The notes: generated from the letters alone by a model not told the origin. Shown: positions 1-13,115, counted from the first letter of the whole stretch. The stretch is DNA of 63,734 bases, filler included, from Diploschistes diacapsis (GCA_023645945.1; 17 parts of 17 records of this genome joined end to end with filler, not necessarily neighbours in it), one strand, 5' to 3'. Program-made: numbers and translations.

Positions 1-86
1 CTTTCGCATTTATTACTTTTACATTTATTACTTTCGAACCTCCTGATTTGGTATATATTACGTTTTTTATTTACTTCTTTTAAATC

Positions 87-702
87 TAGGCTGGCCGTCA
101 CGGACACTGACACGGCCGTAACAGTGTCCGTGTTTTGAAATTTTTAGCCGTAATGTCCGTGTCCGTGTTTTTATTGTAGTATCATGTCCGTGGAAGTGTC
201 CGTGTTTTAAAATTTTTAGTCGTAATGTCCGTGTCCGTGCTTTTATTATAATATAATGTCCGTGGAAGTGTCCGTGTTTTAAAATTTTTAATCGTAGTAT
301 CCTTGTTAATAGATTTATTGTCGTGTCCGTGCATTCACCGAAACACTTTTAAATAATATTTATTTTTTAATAATTTTAGAATTATTACGCTTATTTTTTA
401 CGCTTTTATTTTTTTATCGCGGTATTTCGATAAATTTACGATAATATTTCGATAAATTTACTATAATATAGTGTTCGTGGTAATATCGTGTTTTAAAATT
501 TTTAACGGTAGTGTCCGTGAAAGTGTCCGTGTTTTAAATTTTTTAGCCGTAATGTCCGTGTCCGTGTTTTTATTATAATGTAGTGTCCGTGGAAGTGTCC
601 GTGTTTTAAAATTTTAGCGGTAGTGTCCGTGGCAGTATCGTGTTTTAAAAATTTTCTCGGTAGTGTCCGTGGAAGTGTCCGTGGCACGAAACGGCCAGCC
701 TA
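87..702. mobile_element. Non-autonomous TIR element (MITE-like, hAT-like termini) rich in GTGTCCGT(G) repeats
   Basis: TAGGCTGGCCGT at 87-98 and its reverse complement ACGGCCAGCCTA at 691-702. Internal ~72-bp higher-order units built from GTGTCCGTG. The same ends recur at 11840 and 11959. No 8-bp TSD found. Confidence 0.65.
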
Positions 703-1434
703 ATTACACGTTCGTATACTATGCTAGCAACGTAATGTACTTATTATAGCAGATTTTAGACGTAGCGATCCGCTTCTTTCATCATATATAAAGAATAAAT
801 CCGCATATATCAAATAAATAGAAAGATATATAAACAGATAGAAACGGGAATCAAAATTAAAATTAAATCCTTTATATGTTTTCTACTTATATTCTGTTAT
901 ACTGACATTTCCGCGATTGTTGTTTTTATATATTAATGTATATATAAGAGACTCGTTATTCTCGTAAAGGCAACGAATTCCTTTATTATTATTAATAAAG
1001 ATGTTATTAATGATATTCTTTTTCGTGTGGAGTATGCGATACTCGAATTGACCGATGCAGTTACGTTAGGGTTAGCGGAAATATAGAAACAAAGATAGGC
1101 TATATTCGAAATTTAGGGAGATATAGTCGATAATTTATATTTTATTATTATATTAATACAGAACCGGGAGCGTTCTTTTAAGCGCCCTATCGTTCTACGA
1201 CGCTTTAAAACGCTTATTGCTTCCACGATGCGTGCGTCCTCGCCTCTTATTAATAAACTCGTTTACCCGTAGGGTCATGCTTCTCGCGTATTTAGAGAAG
1301 GGCAGGAAGGTAGGTCTGGTAAAAGAGCAAGATTTATCACATATACTAAAAATAGGACTTAGGATATTAATGTTTCTTTCTACCAATCTAGAACGTATAC
1401 CTATTAATAGTTAAGCTCGCACTAGGTCTTTATT

Positions 1435-2339
1435 AATAATAATATAATATTATTTAATACCGTTTTGGCCTTCTTTTAAATTATAAATGAATTGTTTTAT
1501 AGTTTTCGAGCATGCTCGTGGCGTTCTTAAGCCAGTTTACTAGTATCTAGCTATTATATTCTGGCGGTTAGCCCTTCCATTGTACTTTGTACTATAAGAC
1601 CCCAGCTTTTAGTCTTCTGTTCAATATTTTTTTTACCTTCCATTCTTCTTCATCGTCTATAAGATCTAGAGGTGGGAGATACTCGCTATTATTAAGCTTG
1701 TTTTTTATAATATAAGGTTCTAGGAGCGATATATGAAATATAGGATGTATTTTGTTATACTTAATTAATAATATCAATTTATATATCTGCGATCTCGTTG
1801 CTCCTATAATACGAAATGACCCAATATATCGATACGATAATTTCTTACTCGGTTTTCTTTGGTTCAGATTCTTTATAAATAGCATCACTAGATCCTCAAT
1901 TTTATAACTTTTAAATTTATGTTTTTGATTAAAATATTTCTTTTGCCATTCTTGAGCTTATATCAGGTTTTATTTAAGCTATTATCTTGTTATTAACATG
2001 CTTTAAACTCGTTCCGCGGCAACTGATACCTCTTTTTCTATAATTTCGTCCTCGAAATTAAAAAAATTTAGTTCTTTTCTATAAACTGCTTTAAAGGGGC
2101 TCATTCTTATACTCGAATGCTTGTTAGAATTATATACAAATTCTACAACTAATAATAATTCAGGTCAGTTATCCTGCTACTCTATGCAATATACTCGCAG
2201 GTAATGTTCAAGCGTTTGGTTCTACCGTTCGGTCTAACCATCAGTCTAAAGATAAAAAGCAGTGCTCAATTTCTGCTTAATCTTCATTTAATAGCAGATC
2301 TCGCTCCAATACGCGTTTATAAATAACGATCTTTTATCT
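1435..2339 (-). mobile_element. RIP-degraded Ty3/Gypsy (chromovirus) integrase C-terminus and chromodomain
   Basis: ORF 1592-1888 has RYIGSFRII (GPF-like motif), IHPIFHISLLEPY and EEEWKVKKILNRR, followed by YKVQWKG. Many TAA/TAG stops. Confidence 0.85.
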
Positions 2340-2439
2340 NNNNNNNNNNNNNNNNNNNNNNNNNNNNNNNNNNNNNNNNNNNNTTAATTAATTAANNNNN
2401 NNNNNNNNNNNNNNNNNNNNNNNNNNNNNNNNNNNNNNN

Positions 2440-4684
2440 ATCTAATATTTAGTATTAAAGAAATTAACGACGGGTCAATTATTCACGTCAAAAACGCATC
2501 AACGATAAAAATAAAAGTTCAGCTGAACCATACTAAACCTTCATCATCTGTTCCTATCGGGGATCACAGCACCCTAAAGATACCTATTCCCGCTCCTTGT
2601 GATCAACTCGAGCCAATTGATAATGGCCGACGATTAATAACGAAATTCTTACGGATTTAAATTTTAAAAAAAAGAATTAAACCTAAAACTAAATCTAAAT
2701 CTATTAAACCGGATATACTGAAGCCTATTACGTCAATAACGGGCATTATACACGCCATTAATAATTTAATTACGCATACAGTACCCGTTAACGCGATATC
2801 AACAACGTTTAACATACGGGATTCTCGAGTAGTAAACGACATAAACGACGTTTTAATAATTATAATTATTTAAAATATTAAAAAGTTATATAACACGACT
2901 TCCGTTATTAATAAACGACAGCGGGATATCGAATATTTCTTATTAACTAAAGCATTAAGGAGTCATATGACACTTATAATAAATAAATAAGAAATAACGA
3001 GCGACGTTAGTTCAAAATCGACGCGTGTCAGCATCCTAAGGAACTATAGAGAGACCGTAAATAATCCAATCTGTTTGGCAACGTAATGGATATATTGAAG
3101 TCTAGAGGTCTTATCTTAGGAAGTAATCCTATTATACAGACTTTTATCCTCCACGGTATGCGTTAAGCCCTACTGCCCTAACCGGTCTAATCCGAATTCC
3201 AATAGGTTTAGGGGGTTAGCTGAACTGAACCCTCCGGAATTAAATCGAGCCTACTATATCTTTTATCTGTCCGGTTAATACTTTCCCTTAAGTAAAACCG
3301 TTTAGCATGTTTAATTTAATTGGATCTTTTAATCTAGGCTAGTTTTAGTAGATTAATGGCTTCGTACGAAGTAAACAACTTGTTTATTGAATAACTTGTC
3401 CTTTATCTTGTTGCCCCTTTTTTAATCGAATAAGTTCAGTTTAATTCAGCCGAACTTTCGATAATTATCGAAGAATATCGAGTAGATTTAATAGTAGGTA
3501 TAATTAAATTCTTAATAGTTGTCGAGGGTTTCGATTAGGTTTAATAGCGTAAATAGCGGTACTATTAGATATCGAAGATTAACGAAGGATCGAAAAGGAT
3601 TTAGTAGCGAAGGTAACGATTCTATTAGGTTTCGTAAGTTAATAAAAGATTCGATTAGGTTTAATAGAGAAGGTAACGGTTTTATTAAATATTGAAGATT
3701 GACGAGAGATTCGAAAGATTCTAGCGGCGGAGATAGCGTTTCGGTTAAATTTCGAAGGTTATTAAGATAATCGATAAGGTTTAGTATTAGATTTAATTAA
3801 ACTTCGATTTTTATCGGGAAGGAGGAGAGGGGGTCGTTTTTCGTTAATTTAATAGATGATGAATCCGGGTGTTAAGTATTTCTTATTTAGGCTTATTCTT
3901 GATTAACGTAATAAGATCCCGCGATCTTTTATAGTAATATATCTTTTATTTTTGAATCTATTTATCTTAGGGTCTTATAATTTAGATCCTGGGCTTTCGG
4001 ATTTCTTCGATTTAGACTATTAAGGCCAGCGTATTCGGTCCCGCGTTCGTAACCGTTCCAATTGTCGGGAAGACTTATTTCTAATGTATTAATAGTACGA
4101 AGTGGTTCAAGTAGATTAACCCGGGCTCATAACCTATTTAATAACGTAATGGATATATTGAAGTCTAGAGGTCTTTTCTTAGAAAGTAATTCTACTATAT
4201 AGACTTTTATCCTTCACGGTGTGCGTTAAGCCCTACTGCCCTAACCAGTCTAGTTCGAACTCCAGCAGGTTCAGGGGGTTAACTGAACTGAACCCTCCGG
4301 AATTGGGTCGAGCCTGCCATGCCTTCTGCCTGTCCGCTCAACACAATCTTCGGATAAAAATAAGAAACAATAATAAAAAAATGGATTTTTATTATTAAAC
4401 CAGACCTAAACTAAACTACCTAAACCATTTAAACTTATTAATATTATAAACTCAAGAGAAGTTTTCGATGTCAAATATAATCTCAATGGCGACATTAAAA
4501 AATTTAAAACTAAATTAGTCGCAAAAGGATTCTCGTAAAAGCAAAATATCGATTTCGATGAGATATTTACTTCTATTATTCGAGCAGATTAGTTACGGAT
4601 TTTACTAGCAGTTATAACAGCTAAAGATCTAGAATATCATTAAATGGACGTCAATAACGCGTTTATCGAAACATCATTAACACT
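2440..4684 (+). mobile_element. RIP-degraded Ty1/Copia pol fragment (IN-RT linker and RT N-terminus), interrupted by the 3072-4343 insertion
   Basis: KFKTKLVAKGFS and MDVNNAF-type RT motifs at ~4500-4665. Colinear with the Copia at 47900-48400. Confidence 0.8.
3072..4343 (-). mobile_element. Complete 1272-bp TRIM-like non-autonomous LTR element (LTR family A)
   Basis: Two 209-bp LTRs (3072-3280, 4135-4343). 5-bp TSD CAATC (3067-3071, 4344-4348). Copia-type PBS GGTTATGAGCCC (minus strand, 4134-4123). PPT AAGGGAAAG (minus strand, 3289-3281). The 854-bp interior has no RT or IN. Confidence 0.88.
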
Positions 4685-4771
4685 GTAACAGATAACTGTG
4701 ACAGTCCTCTGGGCGAGCGGAGGAACTCAGCCCTAGCGCCGCGCCAAGGCCGCAGGTCCATATAAGAAGAG
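4685..4771. repeat. LTR family B end (TGTAACAGAT...), truncated by the contig end; reverse-complement copy at ~7080-7166
   Basis: TG-start, GC-rich segment nearly identical to the reverse complement of 7080-7166. Inserted into Copia RT. Confidence 0.7.
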
Positions 4772-5026
4772 NNNNNNNNNNNNNNNNNNNNNNNNNNNNN
4801 NNNNNNNNNNNNNNNTTAATTAATTAANNNNNNNNNNNNNNNNNNNNNNNNNNNNNNNNNNNNNNNNNNNNTTCTAATTCTTTTTATTAACGAAAATTAT
4901 TGTTTATAATAAATCGGCGAGTAATACTTTCGAATTCCGGTTATCGTAAATTCATTGTAATATTTAATTCGGTTAACGTTTTAAACTCTCGTTATGAATA
5001 CGAAAATAAAGTAAACTTTTCGAATA

Positions 5027-5340
5027 TAAAACCCCCAACGCAGAAATGGAATACTATATTACCGGGAACTGGGCCTGATCCGAAGGGATTACGTGTAGCT
5101 GGGCATCTACAGATAAAAGATCTCGATTCGAAAAGCTAGAAAAGAAACTATCTAAATAAAAGGATAGTAGGAATAAATAATATATAGGTAAGCCCTACAG
5201 GGTTCGGGTCCTACCCGCCTACATAGCCACCCCCTAACATCCTGGGCACGGTTGGCACCTGTCATGTGACCCTGTCGTCATGTGACCCTGTCGTCACATG
5301 ATCCTGGTGGCTTGGCAGGCGCCTGGGCTGATCTGTCTCA
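5027..5340 (-). repeat. LTR family C copy (TGAGACAG...GTTTCA)
   Basis: Matches 42464-42760 and the reverse complement of 61645-61998. Contains short tandem GTCATGTGACCCT repeats. Confidence 0.8.
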
Positions 5341-6572
5341 ATAAACCCGGGTTCGCTTACTTAATAATCACTTCGTATATTAGACTATTAGAGATAAATC
5401 TTCCCGATAATTAGAACGGTTCCGACCGCGGGACCGAATACGTTAACCTAAAAAAGATTTAAATCGAAAAAATCCGAAAACCTAGAATCTAAATTATAAG
5501 ACCCTAAAATAAACAAATTCAAAAGTAAAAGATATAATACTATAAAAGATCGCGGGATCTTATTACGTTAGCTAAAAATAGGCTTAAATAAGAAATATTT
5601 AGCCCCCGGATTCATCATCTACCAAACCAAGGAAAAACTTCCGACCCCCTTTTCTTCTCGATAAGGATCGAAATTCAGTTGAACCTTTACGCTGAATCCT
5701 ATCGATTACCTTCGTCAACCTTCGACATCTAGTAGAACCGCTACCTTCTCTGCTGAACCCAGTCGATTCCCCGACAAGCTTCGACATCCAGCAGAACCGC
5801 TACCTTCTCTATTAAACCTAGTCGAATCTCTTATCAACCCTCGAAATCCAACAGAATCGCTACCTTCGCTACTAGACCCTTTTCGATCCTTTAATAATTA
5901 TCGACCTTCAGCTTTACCTTTATTGAAACCTTTCGATCCTTCGTTAACCTTTAATAACTAACAGTACCGTTATTTACGCTACTAAACCCAATCGATTCCT
6001 CGACAATTTTCGAAATTTAATCGAAACGTTATCTGCGCCGCTAGAATCTTTCGACTTTCGTCAATGTCGATATTTAGCTTTACCGCTACTGAACCCCTTC
6101 GACACCTTCGAATAATCATCGAAGTTCGGTTATACTAAGGCTGAACCCATTCGATCAAAAAAAAAGGGTAATAAAATAGAAGATAACTTATCCGATAAGC
6201 GAGTTACTCCATCCTTTCTCGCTAGTGGCGTACGAAGTTATTACATTATTCGAAACACGAAACTCGGCCTAGATCAAAAGATCTAGTTGGACTAGACATG
6301 CTGGATAATTCCGTTTGTAGGGGAGTGTTAAGCGGACAGGCAGAAGGCATGACAGGCTCGACCCAATTCCGGAAGATTCAGGTTAGGTGAATCAGGAAGT
6401 TCAGTTCAACTGAACTTCCCCCCTGAACCTGCTGGGATTCTGGCTAGACCGGTTCGGGAGTAGCGAGGGCAGTAGGGCTTAGCGCCCACCGTGGAAGATA
6501 AAAGTCTGCACAGTAGGATACTTCCTAGGATAAGACCTCTAGACTTCAATACATCCGTTACGTTGCCAAACA
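5341..6572 (+). mobile_element. Second TRIM-like copy: interior plus 3' LTR (6326-6572); the 5' LTR is absent and an LTR-C copy abuts it
   Basis: Interior is homologous to the reverse complement of 3281-4134, including the 60-bp tandem array. PPT AGGGGAG precedes TGTTAAGCGG...GCCAAACA. Confidence 0.8.
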
Positions 6573-7592
6573 ATTTCTATAATTAGATCTTAAATTCTTT
6601 TTTGTTTTAACAATCTCTAGCGTTTTTTTTAAGATAAAAGATGTGTTCCCGATTAGATCGCGAAGGATTTACGTTCGATAAATATTCTTCTTCGATAGCA
6701 GAATTTTGAGATTGATCTTTTTCGCCTAATTTAGGAATTTCGACGACGACGCGTTTCCTTTCGATGATTTCTTTTCTTCGCGAGGTCTCTGCGGCTGCTG
6801 ACCGTAGGGATTCCGTTAATGTCTCGTTATATATTAATGATTCCCGTCGAGATGAAATAACGGTATCCGTTAGATCTACGACTGTTATCGATTTTTTAAT
6901 ATCTCGAGATGTAGTCGCGGCCTTTCGTTTTTCTTTCGTTATTTTATCGGACCACTACTCCACTAAAATAAAAAAAAATTAAAACTATAAAAAATAAAAT
7001 ATAATTATATAATTATAATAATTATAATATTCATAAATTAATCTTTCGAAAAAAAAAGAGAAAATCCTTTTATAAAAACTCCTCTTATATAGACCTGCGG
7101 CCTTGGCGCGGCGCTTGGGCTGAGTTCTTCCGCTCGCCCGGAGGACTGTCAAAGCTATCTGTTACAGTAATCGTACGTAACTCTTATCGTTAAATCGATC
7201 GNNNNNNNNNNNNNNNNNNNNNNNNNNNNNNNNNNNNNNNNNNNNTTAATTAATTAANNNNNNNNNNNNNNNNNNNNNNNNNNNNNNNNNNNNNNNNNNN
7301 NATTTAAATACTGTTATATGGAACATCTGTTACTAGATTCTTAGATGTTGGTAGTTTGATTATAAAGTCTATCGTAATTGTTTTTTATGATTGGTCTGGT
7401 TTTTCGATGGTTTATGGAATCCCGTATCTTTTATACGTAGAATATTTGTTTTTTTAATAGCTCTCGCATTATTTAATGAAATTTATAATTTATTGTTTTA
7501 TTTTTTTTAAAATAATAGTTTCGTTAAATAGTTTTAATAATATTCGTAATACCTTTAAGTCCATATTTTAATAAATTATAATGTTGTCGTAT

Positions 7593-7817
7593 TATAAACA
7601 CAAGGCGCGCTGTCTAGGGAGACTTCCCTTGCTGTAGTAGGGAGGTAGTCGTAGGTGAATGTAGTGTGATCTCGTAGTCAACAGCATATCTAGGTAGGAC
7701 ATTTGTGAGGTGTAGGATGTATTGATTGTCTAGAGCTACTTAGCAGACCTCCTTATGTGGAGCTGTTCTGAGGGACTCGCCCTTTACTAAGTCTATAGCC
7801 TACTTTTATGTTTATAT
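7593..7817 (-). repeat. LTR family D copy (3' LTR with adjacent internal sequence to ~8400)
   Basis: Reverse complement of 14190-14424, 47205-47474 and 53518-53753. Confidence 0.8.
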
Positions 7818-8569
7818 ACGATCCTTCCCTCAATAGTTCGCTGCTTTATAGCGAATTTTATATAAGTTTTATCAGTAGGAAACCTAAATCCCGTTACCTT
7901 CCTATCTTAACGTAGTTCTGTACCTTCTAAACAACGGTAATACCTAGAGGCCTATTTTCTTTAATGTTTCTTTTTCGACGTGACAGTGCTTCTGAACGTA
8001 ACAGCGCTGCTGAACCTAATTTTCTGTATTTTATTTTTTCGAATCACGAGGATAGAAAAGCGGTAATTATTTAAAGATATTTTTAATTTTTATCGTATTT
8101 ATACCATACTCCGCTTTATTAGTTAGATAGTAAGGCGGTAATTATCCAAAACCATCCCTAATTTTCGTTATATTTATCTCATTTATAGGTGTTCTTTTAG
8201 GTAGTTACATCAGGCAGCACGTCCGTCGCCCTCCTTTCTCTCCTATTTCTTTTCCGACCACACTTCTTAGATAAACGGTAGCAAGTAAGTAAGCAAGAGG
8301 TAGGCAGATAGGTCAATATATAAATATAAAGTAAACAAGAAAGCATAAAGTAGAAAAATTAATCACATAAAAAAATAAACAAGTAAGCATGCAAATAAGT
8401 AGAGTCGTGACCCTAGTACCCGAGTAGACCCTAGTTACCGAGCACGTGATATAATAATAAAACTATAATAGTAAATATTTAAAATGAAATATCTCCTAAA
8501 GTGATTAATTTGAAGCCTTATAGATCGAATAATAGCTATAGCTGATCCTATAGATTTATCTTATTATGT

Positions 8570-9500
8570 CTAATCGCTAGCGTCGACGACGTTAGCGACA
8601 AGAAACCTTCCTAAGATAATCAGCCTTTCTTTCGGGACCATCTTTTTATTCTTGTACATTCCAATAGCCTGAAGCACTGCCAGCTTCTCTTTCCTGACCT
8701 GCTTCTGCCTCTCCTGCCTATTAACCTCGTAAAGTGCTTATTCTTTCGCCTAACGCGCGTTAGTAGCTTTTATAAGGATTAAAAACTTATCTCTTATAAT
8801 CACGATAGTGCGCTTACGTTTCTAGCGATGTGTCGAGGCCTTTTTAAACCTCTTATTCTCTGCCGCCAGAAGCGTAACCTTCGTAAGAGCCTTTTTAGCC
8901 GCTTTGGCTATCTTAGGGAAGCTTCGGGGTATTTTAAGCTTTTATTAAAAATTTAAAGTCGAGTTTTTTAAAAGATTCATCTCTCGGAAAATTCGAGGCG
9001 TCGTAAATAAAGTATAACGAGCTTTAAAGACGTTAAAAAGATCGTCGACGGTATCGAAAACCTTAAAAATCGGTTTAAAAGAATTAAAAGACTCGATACC
9101 GGCGTTTTTTTACGCGGCGCGAGCGTTTCTAATAATATAAATATTTATTCGAGCGTTAATAAGAATTTTAAAAAAGAAGCACTTATTAATATAAACAACG
9201 TTATATTATAATAACGTCCCGACTCGTTTCTTATAAATATACGTAAATGGGCTAAATAAATTAACATTTAAAGACTAAAGGACGTAAGAGGTATACGTTG
9301 GTAAATATATCGTTAAGATTCTTTTATCCGTTATTTAATTTAAGAACGATAGTAAAAGATGGTTCTCGTAGCCGTTCATAAGTAAGATCTTTTAGGCCTA
9401 CGGCGAACGTAGTCTGGAAACGTTTTCAGGATCGAAAATCTATTGTATTTATTATAAATAAAACGGAATAATATTGTATTTATTAAAAGATATATAAATT
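8570..9500 (-). mobile_element. RIP-degraded pogo/Fot1-type (DDE_1) transposase fragment
   Basis: Minus strand reads LLMNGYENHL...IYLPTYTSYVL*SLNVNLFSPF, a RIP version of the Fot1/pogo LILDGHxSH...LPPHTSHxLQPLD motif. Confidence 0.75.
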
Positions 9501-9515
9501 TTATATTTATGAAAT

Positions 9516-9629
9516 TAACGTGTTTAACGGGGAACCGGGCCACCCCCAGAAGTGGGCCACCTCAAATTACTACCGCCAACATTCTACGGTTTTTAGATAC
9601 AACCTGTTCGTCGCAATTAGAATCTAATC
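9516..9629 (+). mobile_element. Fot1/pogo-like terminus (TA-ACGTG...GGGCCACCCC...GGGCCACC)
   Basis: ACGT start after TA with a duplicated GGGCCAC motif. A related end occurs at 62816. Confidence 0.5.
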
Positions 9630-9729
9630 NNNNNNNNNNNNNNNNNNNNNNNNNNNNNNNNNNNNNNNNNNNNTTAATTAATTAANNNNNNNNNNNNNNN
9701 NNNNNNNNNNNNNNNNNNNNNNNNNNNNN

Positions 9730-11830
9730 GAATAAGTTAGAGGTGTTCCCTATGTTCCTCGGCATTGTTCGAGAATACAAGAATGTCGTTTAAATATATT
9801 ATATAAATGATATTAATTAATTCTGTTAATACACGGTTGATATATGCTTGAAAAATCGTTAAGGCGTTAACCAATCCGAATAGTATTATTATGTATTTAA
9901 AATAATCGTATCGAATGCGAAACGTTGTTTTTTATTTATTTTCTCGTATGATACGAATCCTGTAATACGCGTTCTTTAAATCCAGTATTGAATAAATCTT
10001 GGTTCTACTTAGACGATCGAGCGTTTCGTTAATAAAGAGTAAAGGATATCTATTCTTTTTTATTATTTTGTTTAAATCCCGGTAGTTTACACATAATCGC
10101 AAAGAATTATCCTTCTTGGGCACGAATAAAATAAAGGCCCCTATTAGGTTAGTCGAAGGTCGAATCTAGTTATGTAATAGTACATTATTTAGATATTCGC
10201 GGAGTTCTCGCAATTCGATCGCTAAAAGATTATATAATAGGCCGTAAGGTGGCTCCGCGTTTATTTTAATTATATGATTTTGAGGGCCGTTCGTTGGTAG
10301 TTCGTTGGCTAATCGTTCGTTAAATACATCTTCGTACTCCATGATAATCTTAAGAATTTTGATTGAGTTGATATTTTTTATACGAGTCGGTGGCGATTCG
10401 CTTACGATATTTTTATTATTCGTTCTATTAATCATTAAAGCGTATATTATAATATAATTTTCTATACTCTTCGCGAACTTTTTAGAGGAAGATATTTAAT
10501 GTTTTCCTCGATTAAATTTAAAACGTTAAGCTATTTCTTCGCAATTTAGTAGCAGCTTCCCCGCCTTGAGGCCTGGTGTGCCCAAGATTATCGGATTTTC
10601 TGCTTTATTTATAGCGTAAAATATTCCTTTAATAGTCTTAGTGACCCCGTGTAGATTAGTTATGTCAATTTTTAGTCTGTATTCCCCGTAATAATATGCT
10701 TTTATCGTATTATCGATTTAGCTAGGAATCGGTAATTTAACGTTTGTAAGCGGGGTTAAACCTACTTTAATAACGTAACGCTTATTAATAATGTTATATT
10801 ATACATAACTGTTCAAATCGATGCGACATTCTAACGACTTAATACCCCGTATCTTATTTCTCGTTTGAATTACCGGCGCGATCTTTAATAAAATACGATC
10901 TATCGGGATAAAGGATCCCGGCGACTTCTGAAATTTTTTAAATCCTTAATAGTACTTATAGGGATGTGATTTAGGTTCGTTTATGTTTTCGGGTTTGAGT
11001 ATCTTAATAAAATGTACTCGTATTCTTAACAATTGTAATATTATATTTTTAATATATCGCGGGATAATCGGCTGGTCGTCGATGGTTCGTTCCTGTTTTC
11101 GGAATTAAGGACCTTTTAGGAATTTCGCGTCGATAGTGGTGTTTTTTGTCGAGTTTTGCCTCGCTATGGCTTTCTTAATAAATTCTTTATTTGGACCGTT
11201 AAGGATATTATGTTCTTATAATTCTTTGGAGTATTAATCGTTTGTATTAAGAGTCGTTAGATATCCGGCCGTAACTTTATTAAGAAGTGTTAACGCCGCT
11301 GTTCTTCCGTGTATTTTGGTAGTTGCGTTTCTAGTTTAATTAGATGTTGTTCGAAAGAATGTACCGATTAAATTGCTTTTTACTAAGCATTCGCGTACTT
11401 TTGGGTAGTTTCGAGTTCACGATTTTTTGGATCCTTCACTCGATCTAATAAGTAGCGTTTAAAATATTCTTAATTAATAATTCTATAGTTGATGTTCGGT
11501 TCATACGCAAACCACGATTGTTTTAAGTTATTTTATAGCGATTATATAGCGAAACGGATTTTCCTTTTTTTAGATTAGAAATAATTAAGAAATAACGTAA
11601 GAAAATTATTAGCGGTTTAAAATCATTCTTAATATTCTCGGACAGATTTTCTTTAATAATCTAGAAGTTTTTTAAATTTAAGATAACGGTTTTTAACATT
11701 TTAATGATCTTTGCTCGCTCGGTTCTTGCGAGTTGGCGGCGTCGCGTTGGCGTCGGGATGAGTATTAGCGTCGGAAAGTTCTTCGTTAGTTTTTAATCGT
11801 TTAACGTCGTTTTCGATACGTTTTAGACGT
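9730..11830 (-). mobile_element. RIP-degraded Ty3/Gypsy gag-protease-RT
   Basis: ORF 9932-10123 reads [27 protein letters not shown]...[19 protein letters not shown] at ~9790 is a RIP version of YLDD. Confidence 0.9.
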
Positions 11831-11839
11831 CTTTTAGAT

Positions 11840-12056
11840 TAGGCTGGCCGTTTCGTGCCACGGTCACTGACACGGACACTGCAACAAAAATTTTCAAAAC
11901 ATGGACACTGACACGGACACGATAGCTAAAATTTTAAAACACGGATATTGACACGGACTAGGCTGATCGTCACGGACACTGACACGGCCGTGTCCGTGGC
12001 ACGGATACGGCCGTGGTAGTATCCGTGTTTTAAAATTTTTAGCCGTAATGTCCGTG
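11840..12056. mobile_element. Two nested ends of the same GTGTCCGT TIR element as 87-702
   Basis: 11840 is the reverse complement of the 702 end. 11959 is a copy of the 87 end. Confidence 0.7.
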
Positions 12057-13115
12057 NNNNNNNNNNNNNNNNNNNNNNNNNNNNNNNNNNNNNNNNNNNN
12101 TTAATTAATTAANNNNNNNNNNNNNNNNNNNNNNNNNNNNNNNNNNNNNNNNNNNNATATCATCGAAGATTATGAAATATTATCGAATATTCTAGAATAT
12201 TCTAGAATATTCGGCTTACTAATACATGGAATGATTTAGGAGGATAAGGAACACTCTAGATTAAACTATTACTAATCATACTAGCGTGAAATGTGCCTAT
12301 AAAAGGCCTCTCACTTTCTAACTTTTATAGTTATAACCTTTATATTCTTTAATATATTATTATTGAATAATAGTCAGTTAGGTAGGCTAGGCAGGCTAGG
12401 AATTATTATCTAATTAGGATTAGCTGCAGAATACACGCTTGGTCATTTGGTTATTAGGAACTTCTATCACTTTGAACAAATACTAACCATGATAATCCTT
12501 ATGCCTTTCATCGTTAATAATAGGATTTATTTTATCATAAAATCTCTAGGTGTTATCCTTCGCTAATAAGGTCGGATTCTTTTATCTTATTCTAAATCCT
12601 CTAAATCGCGTGTATCTATTATTTTCATGTTGCGCATATTTATTGCTTACAAGTTACGTGCATCTAGTTTCTATAAATCGCGTGTGTTTAGCTCGCTGGG
12701 TAATATCCTGCTTTCCATTTACTTTTTTGAGCCATACATTGGTCATCTAGCCCGCTAAAGGAAGTGTATAATGTTTATACTTGAATCGCTTTAGTTATGA
12801 AACCTAGATCGCTGAAGTATTATTAATAATACGGTTCTAGTAAATATACCGATGCCTATTCCGATTTCGGCACCCGTCATCAAGACATTCGGCAGTGTTG
12901 TGCCTAAAGAAAGTGATAAATCACCACTAGGTTATAACAAGGACACGGGAAGCATTCTCCCTTACACAATCCGGGGCAAGTGTCTGTTGTGGCACGGGCA
13001 CCGTTGAAGTTGGAGGTGTCAGAGCTTAGCATGATTACTGGACTAGAGGCGGGTGCCGCTCCTCCAAGAATAGCGATAAAGTATTCTGAAAAGACCTCAA
13101 GTGCCTTTGTTATCA

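Noticed and set aside
120..690. Regularly spaced GTGTCCGT repeats resembling a CRISPR array; ORF 502-687
   Set aside because: The spacers are themselves repeated, the context is eukaryotic with no cas genes, and TIRs bound the array. The ORF is just the translated repeat.
2384..2395. Recurrent TTAATTAATTAA palindrome as a biological motif
   Set aside because: Always centred in fixed-length N runs; it is an assembly linker.
12852..13005. Short + strand ORF ending GKCLLWHGHR next to the endonuclease gene, as a possible partner
   Set aside because: About 50 codons, no further nuclease motifs and no splice support.
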